Source of the DNA: Octopus sinensis
Taxonomy: Eukaryota
NCBI RefSeq assembly: GCF_006345805.1
Contig: NC_043008.1
Coordinates: 50,840,001-50,904,000 of the forward strand
Direction of reading: 5' to 3'
DNA length: 64,000 bases
In this document: piece after piece, positions 52,926 to 64,000 of the stretch
Numbering within the stretch: position 1 is the first letter of the stretch
Layout of the letters: every line of letters begins with the position of its first letter
The notes under the pieces: generated by a model
What the model saw: only the letters and a program-made list of their open reading frames with translations
Database searches by the model: none
Told to the model about the DNA's origin: nothing
Program-made: the position numbers and the translations under genes

Positions 52926-53653
52926 TCGCCATGATAGATCGTTAGCCACTACACACATTTTTTTCTCTCCTTGTTTTTTTCTGTGTCCCTTTCTGTAGAA
53001 GAGCGTAGGCTCGAAACGTAGAAGACATTTTATATTCCTGAGTGTTATACTAATACATCTGTTTGTTTTGTACACCACCTGTCTTCGTCTTGTTTTTTTC
53101 GTAAACTGTCCCTATATATATGTACATATATGTATATACACACACACATATATGTATATATATACACACACACACTTATATCCAGAATGTAGCAAAACCA
53201 TAAGTATGGCACTAGTGTTAAACAGTTGATAAGAGTGTCTTCATGGAGCTAATCTTTTACAATATTTCTTCCCAGTTACCATCATGATTTTGCTACGCCT
53301 CTTTCAGTTTCTGTCCATCAAATCCACTCACAAGCCTTTGTGGTCAGCTTCGGGGCTATTAGAATGGAAGACGTTTGCCCAAGGTGCTTTCTAGTGAAAC
53401 TGCACCTGGAACAACATGATTAGGTGAGCAAGGTACTTAGTCACACAGCCATGCTTGATCTTCAGTGAACCATGAAATCAAGAAGCCTGAAAACCACAGA
53501 CCTCCCTCTTGTCTTGGCTTTGCAAGCAAAGATTTACAAAGAGAAGACATCCACATTTGTTGTGGACTCACCGACGTCCCATAAGTCCAATTTAGGACAA
53601 ATATACATGACTGCACTGATAATAACCAATTAAACAACGAACCCAGAACTTAC

Positions 53654-53771
53654 ATCAGATTCGCTGGAGATTTTCTTCTCTTTCTTCTTTTCTTTAAGCT
53701 TCTGTTTAGCTTCTTCTTTTAGAGTTGATTTTTCTTCACGATTTCTCTTTTTTTCAATTCTTTTCTTCAAT
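53654..53771 (-). CDS. NOP2: NOP2 exon 3 (LKKRIEKKRNREEK...ISSESD)
   Basis: tttaag acceptor, GTAAG donor, 118 nt, phase 2 to 0, basic low-complexity sequence. Confidence 0.88.
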
Positions 53772-54125
53772 CTTAAACATAATAAATGATAAATTATGTT
53801 AAACACAGAGCAAATAAGTATGCATGTATATTAAAATTCTAGATTTTCTGTCATACAAGTCAACATTAATATACAGTGTAAATATGTAGTGTGAACATTC
53901 AAACATCATCGCTATCTGTGCAAATTTGAAAGCATTTCACATAGAATTTTTGCTTCTACAAAGTCATGTTAGTATCTAAGTCGACCGAACTATTTTTGGC
54001 TGTAAATTTTGGTCTGAAAAATCTGACTTTATATACCAGAGAATATGGTATGTAGAACTATATATGAATATACAGTTCTATAAAGTATATATGTTTCTAG
54101 TGTAAATATCCTACATACCAATATA

Positions 54126-54266
54126 TAAGGTTGTCCCAAAAGTTCGTAGAAAGTCTTGGAAAATAATGGTCTTTATTTTGAGGAATAATTTTTGTTGTTT
54201 TTGTTAGTACTTGGCGAGTAAAAATTCAATTTTCGCAAGTGTTTACAAACTTTTGGGACAACCTAA
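54126..54266. mobile_element. Mariner-type MITE
   Basis: TIR AGGTTGTCCCAAAAGT / ACTTTTGGGACAACCT with TA flanks. Confidence 0.8.
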
Positions 54267-56226
54267 TATATAGGCGTAGGAGTGGCTATGTGGTAAGTAG
54301 CTTGCTTACCAACCACATGGTTCTGGGTTCAGTCCCACTAAACACTAAAGGTTGAGAAGTATATTAGATATGAGGAAACGGGGAATGATTTTCCACAAGT
54401 GTTTAGACAATGTGAGTGAAAGAGGTCCAGACAGACATGTTGTTGTCTTTCTTTTGTTCTGGGATCTGAATAAAAATACTGGTTTTGTTCAGTTTCCATA
54501 CATGACAGATGCTTGAGATTAAGGAATTGTTTTTGTGTCATAAAAGAGAAAAATGCTTGCTGTGAACCAAGGCACATGGCTCAGTGGTTAGAGCTTCGGG
54601 CTCACAATTATGAGGTAGTGAGTTCGATTCTCAGACCGGGCTGTGTGTTGTGTTCTTGAGCAAGACACTTTATTTCACGTTGCTCCTGTTCACTCAGCCG
54701 TAGAAATGAGTTGTGACGTCACTGGTGTCAAGCTGTATTGGCCCCTTTGCCTTTCCCTTCGATAACATCGGTGGCATGAAGAGGGGAGGCTGGTATGCAT
54801 GGGTGAATTGTGGTCTTCCATAAACAACCTTGCCTGGACTTGTGCCTCAGACAGGAAATTTCTAGGTGCAATCCCATATTCATTCATGACCAAAGGGGGG
54901 AGGGACCTTCACCCTTTTTTACACCATAAATACTACACATAGTTGTTTAATAATTAGTTGATAAACCTTTAAGCATTTAAACTGGCCATATTTGGCTCAA
55001 ATATTCTACTTGTTTTATGTTTAAACCAGCCAAATCTGGCCTCTCCCACCTACCCTACAATGTCATTCTAAAGTGAAAACAATCCCATCATCGAAATATT
55101 GGAGTCAGGATAATGCATGATTAATTCAAAACAAAGTGGATTAATAAAGATTAGATATGATAGAGCAAATCTGAATGTTAACCCTTTCGTTACTGTATTT
55201 ATTTTAAGATGTTCTGTGTTTCTTTCAATTACTTTAAATATTTAGTAAAATAACTTAGTTATTATCATTCAGCTAGTGTTAGGAACATAAATTGTGACTA
55301 AGGTTTGGTGGAAGATTTTAATTCAAAACTTATGAAAGCAAGACTTTTGTACTACAAAGCCAGAGGCAGTTTCAGCTGGGTTGGTATCAAAAGGGTTAAA
55401 CACACTTCTACATTTGGGCAGATAGACATTAGAAGCAGTTGGAAGGGTGTGGATTGAAGGAAATTTAGGCTATTATTTCTAGCATATAGAGTGACCACAC
55501 TGAGGTCTCCTTTTTTTTATGTCTTCTGCTGATTATTTTTCTTATCAACCCTTTTGTTACTATATTTCTTTATTATCATTAAGCTAGTGTTAGGAACATA
55601 AACTGTGACTAAGGTTTGGTGGAAGATTTTAATTCAAAACTTATGTAAACAAGACTTTTGTATTTAGAGCCAGAGGCGGTTTCAGCCGGGTTGGTAATGA
55701 AAGGGTTAAAGGATTAACATGTATATACACACATGATCATAACATAAGCAGCAGAATTGTTGCATAGATATCTTGCAAACAACTTGCACAACTATTCTCA
55801 ACTGGTAGCAAGCAAGTGTATGGGGTCATCAGGAGAGAATGCGTGCCGTTTCGGGGCCTGCATCTCAATGGCATCACTGCGCACCGGCCCCACTTGCTAG
55901 ATCAACTGGTTATTAAATAAAGCTCAATATTTCTCTAGCCATCGCTCATCATCTCTTTTTAACCAAATCCAGTGGCTAGCCTTCTCCACTGTAGTTTGGA
56001 TATCGGTCATGGTGGTATTGTCTTTACGATGAGTTAGGCCTAACGATAACAGTCGTCTCACACTGTGTCCAACGAACCTTCTACATCCGACTTCGATTGG
56101 AAAATGTTCTGCTTTCCAGCCTGCGTTTTCACATTCCATTGAATTATGATCGCAAATATATATATAAAAAAAAAACATAAAACAGACAAACACAGACACA
56201 CATACAAAACAACATTGTCTGCTTAC

Positions 56227-56269
56227 CTCTGTTTCTGACGATGACTTAATTCATTGAAGTCTTTTTTCT
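56227..56269 (-). CDS. NOP2: NOP2 exon 2 (EKKDFNELSHRQKQR)
   Basis: ttttccag acceptor, GTAAG donor, 43 nt; phases 1 to 2 fit the neighbouring exons. Confidence 0.88.
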
Positions 56270-58913
56270 CTGGAAAATTACAGAAAACAAAACAATCTTT
56301 TAGAAAAGTTGGACATCAAATACAGAAGCTTTTGAAAAATGTGTGTGAAGAGAGAGAAGAAACGAAGCTGTTTGGTTATGATGTTCACCTCTCTAATATA
56401 TGATTTTAGCTTCAGCCCAGTGTGTGTGTGTGTGTACATATATACTCTTCTACTCGTTTCAGTCATTTGACTGCAGCCATGCTGGAGCACCGCCTTTAAT
56501 CGAGCAAATCGACCCCGGGACTTATTCTTTGTAAGCCCAGTACTTATTCTATCGGTCTCTTTTGCCGAACTGCTAGATTACGGGGACATAAACACACCAG
56601 CATCGGTTGTCAAGCAATGCTAGGAGGACAAACAGACACATAAACACGCATATATATACATATATACGACGAGCTTCTTTCAGTTTCCGTCTACCAAATC
56701 CACTCACAAGGCATTGGTCGGCCCGAGGCTATAGTAGAAGACACTTGTCGTGCTTGAGAAGACCCATGAAGCCAAGTGAAATGATAGTCATGGCAGATAC
56801 TGGTGTCACACAACTGGCACATAAAAGCATTCATTACACTCTTGGAGTGGTTGGTGATAGGAAAGGCATCCAGTTGTGGAAACCATGCCGAATCAGACTG
56901 GAGTCTAGTGCAGCCCCTCTGTTTACTGGCCCTGGTCAAACTGTCCAACCCATGCCAACATGGACAATGAACATTAAATGATGATGATGAACAAATATTG
57001 ATATTTTGTACATTGAGAAGACTCGTTAAGCCAAGTGAAAACTGTAATTGTGACTGTTGTTGGTTAAGCCACGTGAAATCGTAACCATGGCCGTTGCCAG
57101 TGCCCTGTAAATGGCACATGTGCCAGTGGTACGTAAAAAGCACCCATTACACTCTCAGAGTGGTTGGTGTTAGGAAGGGTGCCCAGCTGTAGAAATTATG
57201 CCGGTATGGAAACTGGATGTTAAATGATGATATAAATGTTGCTATTCAATAGAAAGATGGCCTTGCTCCCTTACTCTATCTTTGGTATTCGAGTACTATT
57301 TTTACCAAAGTGCTCATTTGTGTAATATAACATTGGAACTAAAGACAGATACAAAAGGTTTGTTCATTATTTGTTGGCGTTTTGGCTGATATACCCTCCA
57401 GCCTTGGGAAAATTTCGAACCTGGGTTCTCATTCCTAAGGTATTTTTCGATGTTATTATTACTATTATTATTCAGGTCACTGCCTGGAATCGAACTTGGA
57501 ATCTTGGGGTTAGCAGCCTGCACTCTTAACCACTACGTCACATACCTGTAGACAATTATGGAGTGAATTTTAGGGCTTATAAATCTAATATTTTCCTATC
57601 CTTCAAGGCGATGCCCCAGCATGACAAGTGAAAGATAAAAGGTTTGTTAATTAAAATAACAATATATTAAGTATAACAGTATTTTAACATCAACGAATAT
57701 CAAATAATGGCATTTGTGTATTTTAACTAAAAAAAATAATGTTGCTAGTAAATGCATACATAAATATACAAGTTGACAAACACCCATCTAATCTTTTCTT
57801 AAATGATTTAATTCTGTTTGAAGACACTACAGTATGACTGTGTGGTTAGAGGGCTGCTTCCTACCACATGATTCCAAGTACCCGAAGGGAAATGTTTTGA
57901 TTCTGTTGAGTTATATCGAAAGAATAAGTACTGGGGTCGATTCATTTGACTAAAAATTCTTCACAGCATGGACGCAGTCTTATGACTGAAACAAGTAAAA
58001 GATAAAGAATGCCCCGAGATTTATAAACCCACACAACTACAACAACGATTTTCTGGAACTTCCGAATCTTTTTCCGATTACTGATTATTCCAAACGAGAG
58101 GTGATCGCTTTGGCCGACACAGCCTAAATTAAACAAATGTTAAATTTCCTTACAGGCAACAGATACAAGTTTGTTAATACTGTGCTGCGCTAGGTACCAG
58201 TAAACTAGTCTGGCAGTTGCGAAAATTTGAAATTCTTGCGATAAATTAGTGCAAATTATAAGAGAGAGGTTCCGGATCTTAAGTGTCCGGAATGTTGGGT
58301 ATATTTGTATATTATTATTTTCACGAATCATAACTTTAGATGGTCGTTATAAAGATCTGCACCGGGGGGGGGGGGGGAAAGACCCCAGCCTGATGGGTGT
58401 TAACAAGTATGTAGGAAACGAATAAGAAAAAAAAAAAGCGTGCTGACGACCCGGGTGAAGGGGGGACTTTCGGAAAATTCACAAAATACGATATTTCCGT
58501 CATAACTTTCGGTAAAATGGATATATATATTGAACCCTTTAGATCGCGTGTCCCATAACTAAATGATCCAACAAAAAAATATGGGTAAAATCAGTACTAG
58601 ACCGAAATGAATAAAATGGGGTCGATTATAAACCTGAGAATGCTGTGATGCTCCAGCATGGCCACAATCCAGACTAAAACCAGTAAAAAAAATATAAGTA
58701 CCAATTATGTGAGTGAGATAAAACGATTTAAAATAAGCGCCGGGCAATATAAGACTTAACTTTGCAATCATTTTGTGCTTTTTCTTCATATCGAATAAAA
58801 CATCAATTTAAAATAATGACAATTAAAAGTAATTTTAAAGAAGAACAATAAATAATAATAATAATGTACGAAGGGGATATCTTGAGGATGATCTGGAGAC
58901 TTTTAAACAGAAA

Positions 58914-59146
58914 CACGTGGTGAAATGCGACAAGCACCTTGGGTCAGTGTTTAATTCTTACCTTGTAAAGATCTCGGAAGCTTTGGCTCTGATTGTTTTT
59001 TAGTTTTTCTGCCAGGTCCTGGTTTGGGCCGTTCCAAATCTCTTTTCCGTCCCATGTCTGTGTGTGTTTTAATTAATTTGATTTAAAAATGGAATTAAAA
59101 TAAATAAAATAATTGCTGAGAATAAACTGCGAGCAATCAACACGTG
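58914..59146. promoter_or_regulatory. Candidate NOP2 promoter-proximal E-boxes (AACACGTG at 59139-59146 and 58912-58919)
   Basis: Two CACGTG hexamers flank exon 1: one about 90 nt upstream of the ATG, one about 45 nt into intron 1. Confidence 0.4.
58962..59055 (-). CDS. NOP2: NOP2 coding exon 1 (MGRKRDLERPKPGPGRKTKKQSEPKLPRSLQ)
   Basis: ATG at 59055; typical NOP2 N-terminus; donor G|GTAAG, phase 1. Confidence 0.93.
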
Positions 59147-59455
59147 TAGAGACGTGTTGAGATTAAAGAGTTACTTCCTAGTGAAGCCGGATATCACAAG
59201 GGGGAGGTTACTTCCCTTAGACGAACCAAACCTAGGGGACCTTTAAACCGGGTTTGGGTAACCTGCGGCCCTTAGCCCTTTCTGAATGGCACACCCAACG
59301 AAAAATCTGTAATTTTCTTAGTAGTTCTACCCTCTCCTCGGGAAAGGTTGCCCATACCTGCTTTACATGGGCGATCGACCAGCTAGAAATAGCACATTTT
59401 CCCCTCAAATTATATACAGCTGTCAGCTGTCTTTGAAGAGTGCAGTTCACATTTG

Positions 59456-59730
59456 TTAATATATTTCTGTATCGACCAGGCTTTTTACAAGTTGTTGTAC
59501 ACCACTGGTCACAATGCGCTTCCAACTCATTCTTCGTTGCCCTATTGTTTTGCATATTAGCCAAAATCGTTTAACTAAATCGTCTTCCCATTGTCGTGGA
59601 AGCTTTCCGAGTAGTCTTTTGTGATGTCTTGATGCTACTCGGAAACTGCACGGGTCCCATCTGTTGTCTGTGAGCCTTGCAACAAGTCCAACCCAGCAGA
59701 ACTTGTAATTTTTGTTAACATAGTCTAAGA
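59456..59730 (-). mobile_element. RTE LINE C-terminal remnant
   Basis: WVGLVARLTDNRW...KRLLGKLPRQWEDDL...QRRMSWK..VQQ resembles RTE 3' ends. Confidence 0.6.
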
Positions 59731-59947
59731 CAGTGGTTGTCAACCAGGGTTCCGCGGAACCTTAGGGTTCTGCCAGTACAGTGCAGGGGTTCCGCAAGAA
59801 GTTACAAAACTGCTAAAATCGGCAGTAATTTTTAATTCTCCTGTGCAGATATGTGTACATAAGACTTAAATTATAGCACAGGGGTTCCTCGAGCCAGTGG
59901 AATGTTTCCTTGGGGTTCCGCTCCAGCAAAATGTTTGAAAAGCACTG
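59731..59947. mobile_element. hAT-type MITE with an 8-bp TSD, inserted into an RTE remnant
   Basis: CAGTG...CACTG termini; GTCTAAGA duplicated at 59723-59730 and 59948-59955. Confidence 0.88.
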
Positions 59948-61260
59948 GTCTAAGATATGGGGTGGGGCAAAATGAGTAATTTTTGATATATTTTTTTATT
60001 TTTTATTTTCTTTCTCTTTTTTTGGAATCATTACGTTCCAAATATTGCATCCTTCGTTTTGTGTTACTGCTTGATCTTTAGGAGTAAAAGTTGGTCACCG
60101 TAGTTGCTGTACAAGTTGGAAGCGTCAGGGACATAGTCTGGTGACAGGCATTTATTATTTTTTTCCAAGACATTTTTCCTCAACTTTAACACCATTGTAA
60201 TTGAGATTGCTAATAAAATGTCTGGATAGTTTTTACTGTTTATAAATATTTTTTTTCTCTGTTGGATTCCAACTTAGTTGTTTCCCACACTAATGTCTAA
60301 TTTAATAATTTTCACGTTTCAAAAAATAATGTCTAAAAGAAACATGGAAAATGAGTTGTCTAATTTCAATGATTACTTCCCTTTAACTGCCTGGTGTGTA
60401 AGTACATCGCGAAGACACTCCGGCAGATAATGGAAAAACTATAAAGAATATTTTATGTTGTGTCTTTTTTATTTAGTCGAGTTTCGTTAATTTCATATCA
60501 TGTTCAATTTTCCTGTGATCTACTTGCAATTAACCGAGATATTTAATTTTGTTCCCCATTCAGACATAGGAATGGATATTGATGTGTATGGGTCTGTTTT
60601 TAAAGGTGATCCTGGAGAATAGAATTAGCAAATTTACCTTAGCTTGGCTTGCACGTTTTGTCCTACCACACAGTGGGACTGAATCTAGGACCATGTGTTT
60701 TGGAACCAAGTTTGTTTACACACAGCCACACCTGCACTTGTGTGTGTGTGTGTGTATAGATGTATATATGTATGCATGTATATATGTGTATATATATGTG
60801 TACATACTACATGTACATCTATATATATCTATACATCTACACATATACATGTATACATATACATCTATATCTATAGAAATACATCTATACATATATATAC
60901 ATCTCTATATATACATTTGTGTGCAGATGTATACATACATACATATATATGTGTATGGATATATATATATACAAAGTGAGATAGGGGTTATGAGTGTAAC
61001 CCACTATGGGATATCAGTTATCCAATATACTGCTAGTGAGGTACCCAAAAGGCTAATACATAAATGCTTATAATTGCAATGCAATTAGTTCATTTATTGT
61101 ATTAGATGGGCGAAGGTAAAATGTTTTACCTCAAAATCATAGTAGTTAATAAATAATTTGAATTGGTATTATCTGTAAGTTGATGATTGAAAGGAATCTG
61201 TTCCTCCATTTTCTTATTTATATATATATACATACACACATATATATATAGATATATGTA

Positions 61261-61322
<62 letters not shown>

Positions 61323-61679
61323 CACATATATATGTATGTATATATATATATATATCATCATCATCATCGTTTAACGTCCGCTTTCCATGCTAGCATGGGT
61401 TGGACGGTTCAACTGGGGTCTGGGGAGCCCGAAGGCTGCACCAGGCCAGTCAGATCTGGCAGTGTTTCTACAGCTGGATGCCCTTCCTAACGCCAACCAC
61501 TCTAAGAGTGTAGTGGGTGATTTTATGTGCCACCGACACAGGTGCCAGACGAGGCTGGCGAACGGCCACGCTCGGATGGTGTTTTTTATGTCCCACCGAC
61601 ACAGGTGCCAGATGGTGTGTATGTATACATCTGCGCATAAATGTATATATATATATATATACATGTATATGTATTGATG

Positions 61680-61717
<38 letters not shown>

Positions 61718-62084
61718 ATATATTATGCATATGTATGCCTGTATATACGAGATAATAGTTTCAGTATTAAAGTGAAAGTATCTGACATTATAATAGAGAG
61801 ATGTTATCGTTTCACTTTTGACACGTAATACTGAAATAGTGGAGAGGATATGATATTGCACTAGGCAAGAAGTTAAAATTTCTTTTGGCTTATGATACTA
61901 CATGGACCCCAAGTAAGACATGTGTAAAATTTGAATGAAATTGGTTCTGCAGTTTTCAAGGTTTAGGGATTCACATTCTCATCTTTATATATATATAGAT
62001 AGATAGATATTGTTGTATATATAATGCATATGTAGATGTGTGTATGTATATATATACATATACATACATCTACGTTTATATACA

Positions 62085-62167
<83 letters not shown>

Positions 62168-62204
62168 GAAAAGAATGGAGTCGAACGAAGATTTTAACAA
62201 AATT

Positions 62205-62299
62205 CCTTTACTTTCGACATATGTTTCGAAGACTGCATGCTCTTAATTCCAAAGGAATGAAGGTTGCATTATGCCATCTTCTCATCAGGAAATACAAGG
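62205..62299 (-). ncRNA. Type I minimal hammerhead ribozyme, mirror copy
   Basis: Reverse-complement arm with the core intact; two substitutions, both giving wobble pairs in stem II. Confidence 0.7.
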
Positions 62300-62340
62300 A
62301 ACCTCTATCAGCCTCAAGACAAACAAGGCTGATAGAGGTT

Positions 62341-62435
62341 CCTTGTATTTCCTGATGAGAAGACGGCATAATGCAACCTTCATTCCTTTGGAATTAAGAG
62401 TATGCAGTCTTCGAAACATATGTCGAAAGTAAAGG
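62341..62435 (+). ncRNA. Type I minimal hammerhead ribozyme (Penelope-like-element type)
   Basis: CTGATGA 62352-62358; stem II GAAGAC/GTCTTC plus GCATA/TATGC; GAAA 62413-62416; palindromic CATATG; GTC cleavage triplet ending 62424; stem I CTTTC.../GAAAG... pairing. Confidence 0.75.
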
Positions 62436-64000
62436 AATTTTGTTAAAATCTTCGTTCGACTCCATTCTTTTCATTTATTCATATAAAAAAACACACAAAT
62501 TTCCACACACGAACACGGGGTTCAGCCCTTGGCATGTAACTTCAACCGTGTTTTACTGACGTGAATCTGCCACCCAGGTATTGATTAACTGAATTATCCA
62601 TACTAGGATAATTCATTCATCTACTTAAATATATATATGTATATATATCATCATCATCGTTTAACGTCTGCTTTCCATGCTACCATGGGTTGGACGATTT
62701 TAACCAGATGGCTGCACCAGGCTCCAATCTTGATCTGGCAGAGTTTCTACAGCTGGATGCATTCCTAACGCGAACAATTCCAAGAATGGTGTGGGTGCTT
62801 TTTACATGCCACCGGCACGGGGGCCAGTCAAGCGGTACTGGCAACGACCTCGCTCGAATCTTTTTACAAATGCCACCGGCACAGGTACCAGTAAGGCAAC
62901 GCTGGTAACGATCACGCTCAAATGGTGCCTTTTACGTGTCACCATATATATATATATATATACTAGAAGCTAAGCTCAATTTCACCGGTCTGTTTGGATG
63001 ATGTGGCTGTAAAACCTGCTGTGTGTAAGCATTTGACTTGTTTGGGCACGCTTATGTTAAAAAACAATTTTAGAATGACTTTTTCCTGTCAAAACGCTAA
63101 AAATAACTTACCCCCGCCCCCAAAAGACCGGCCAAGATTTAACCAAATCGAAAAATAAGCTGAAATACTAAGGAAAGATGAATCATCCCACTTCTATTGT
63201 GCGCGCACACCCACACATACACAAGCACACACACATACGCATGCACACACACAAGCATTCAGATACCTCCCTTTTACATACATACACATATATTCACACA
63301 GAGTTGAAATGCTGTTTGATTTATTTTTCAGCGTACAATTTTCACCATCCCACTACCAAGTATAACATCACTCCTTACTTCCTTATTCATCTATCACCCT
63401 TTCCTTTCTCATTCATAAACACAAGGGTATTATTACAGTAGACTATCTTGGTAACCATGGGAGCTATGAAAAAAATACAAAGCCCGGCAACACCACTGGA
63501 TCATTCTACACATCGGTGTAATTTTCCACGCAGTTCCACCCGCCCGTTTGACCGTGAATCCCAAGACAAGAAAGAATCGCCCATGTCAAATTTATATGTA
63601 TCCATCCATCCATCCATCCAGCCATACATACATACCTAACCCCCTCTCTCTGTCTGTTTCTTTTTCTCTGTCAATCTCTCACACTATCACTCACTACAAA
63701 TGGCTGTGTGGTAAAAAGCTTGCTTCCCAACCACATGGTTCTGGGTTCAGTCCCACTGCGTGGCACCTTGGGCAAGTGTCTTCTACTATAGCCTCAGGTC
63801 GACCAAAGCCTTGTGAGTGGATTTGGTAGACGGAAACTGAAAGAAGCCCGTCATATATATGTATGTGTGTGTATGTTTGTGTGTGTGTTTGTCCCCCAAC
63901 ATCACTTGACAACCGATGGTGGTATGTTTACGTCCCCGTAACTTAGCGGTTCGGCAAAAGAGCCCGATAGAACAAGTACTATGCTTCCAGAGAATAAGTC

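Larger units (their letters stand above)
25482..59055 (-). other. NOP2: NOP2/NSUN1 gene span (28S rRNA cytosine-C5 methyltransferase, nucleolar p120 homolog), 17 coding exons
   Basis: Exons join in frame by hand: MGRKRDLERPKPGPGRK N-terminus, acidic region, LLPIEKK, PDL..RI, RPVTIRVNTLKTRRR, SAM-binding DMASAPGGKT, motif IV DAPCSG, motif [30 protein letters not shown] is 1875 nt as assembled, or 2067 nt if one C is restored in the last exon. Confidence 0.97.
62161..62479. repeat. Long inverted repeat (154-bp arms, 11-bp spacer, 2 mismatches); probable inverted Penelope-like pseudo-LTR pair beside (TA)n
   Basis: Direct arm-to-arm comparison; centred near 62320. Confidence 0.95.

Noticed and set aside
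55800-55915. GAAAC and CTGATGA cores on the minus strand with flanking inverted repeats
   Set aside because: The stem II strands next to the cores are CCCC and CCCC (not complementary) and there is no valid NUH or stem III, so it does not form a hammerhead as assembled
25774-58961. Intronic box C/D snoRNAs in NOP2
   Set aside because: TGATGA/CTGA occurrences trace to (GAT)n tails and repeats; I could not find a C/D pair with a terminal stem and an rRNA-complementary guide by eye (snoscan would be needed)
63423-63515. Possible exon GIITVDYLGNHGSYEKNTKPGNTTGSFYTS
   Set aside because: Weak splice signals, no recognisable homology and no partner exons in the window

Overview
Repeat-rich, AT-rich animal genomic DNA with abundant (TA)n/(CA)n/(GA)n/(AAT)n microsatellites and one 100-N gap at 14807-14906. 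The repeat landscape suggests an octopus or other coleoid cephalopod; this is an inference, not confirmed. The main gene is NOP2/NSUN1 (28S rRNA m5C methyltransferase) on the minus strand. It has 17 coding exons from the ATG at 59055 down to about 25.5-25.7 kb, which I joined by hand with consistent splice phases. Intron 6 (46666-48734) is a minor-spliceosome AT-AC intron. Exons 12-13 occur twice in a near-identical 1.64-kb tandem duplication, and the last exon has a probable homopolymer frameshift. On the plus strand there are two spliceable exons of a metabotropic-glutamate-receptor-like (class C GPCR) Venus-flytrap domain (1570-1717, 4710-4849) and two terminal coiled-coil exons (17246-17339, 18742-18933) of uncertain affiliation. 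The rest is mobile DNA: several tRNA-derived SINE families, RTE, Dong/R4, CR1/L2-like and Penelope-like fragments, Helitrons, and mariner, hAT and piggyBac MITEs. The most notable non-coding signals are a 319-bp inverted repeat carrying an intact-looking type I hammerhead ribozyme on each strand (62161-62479), several other long foldbacks, and a decayed 28S rRNA fragment (about 20812-21003).
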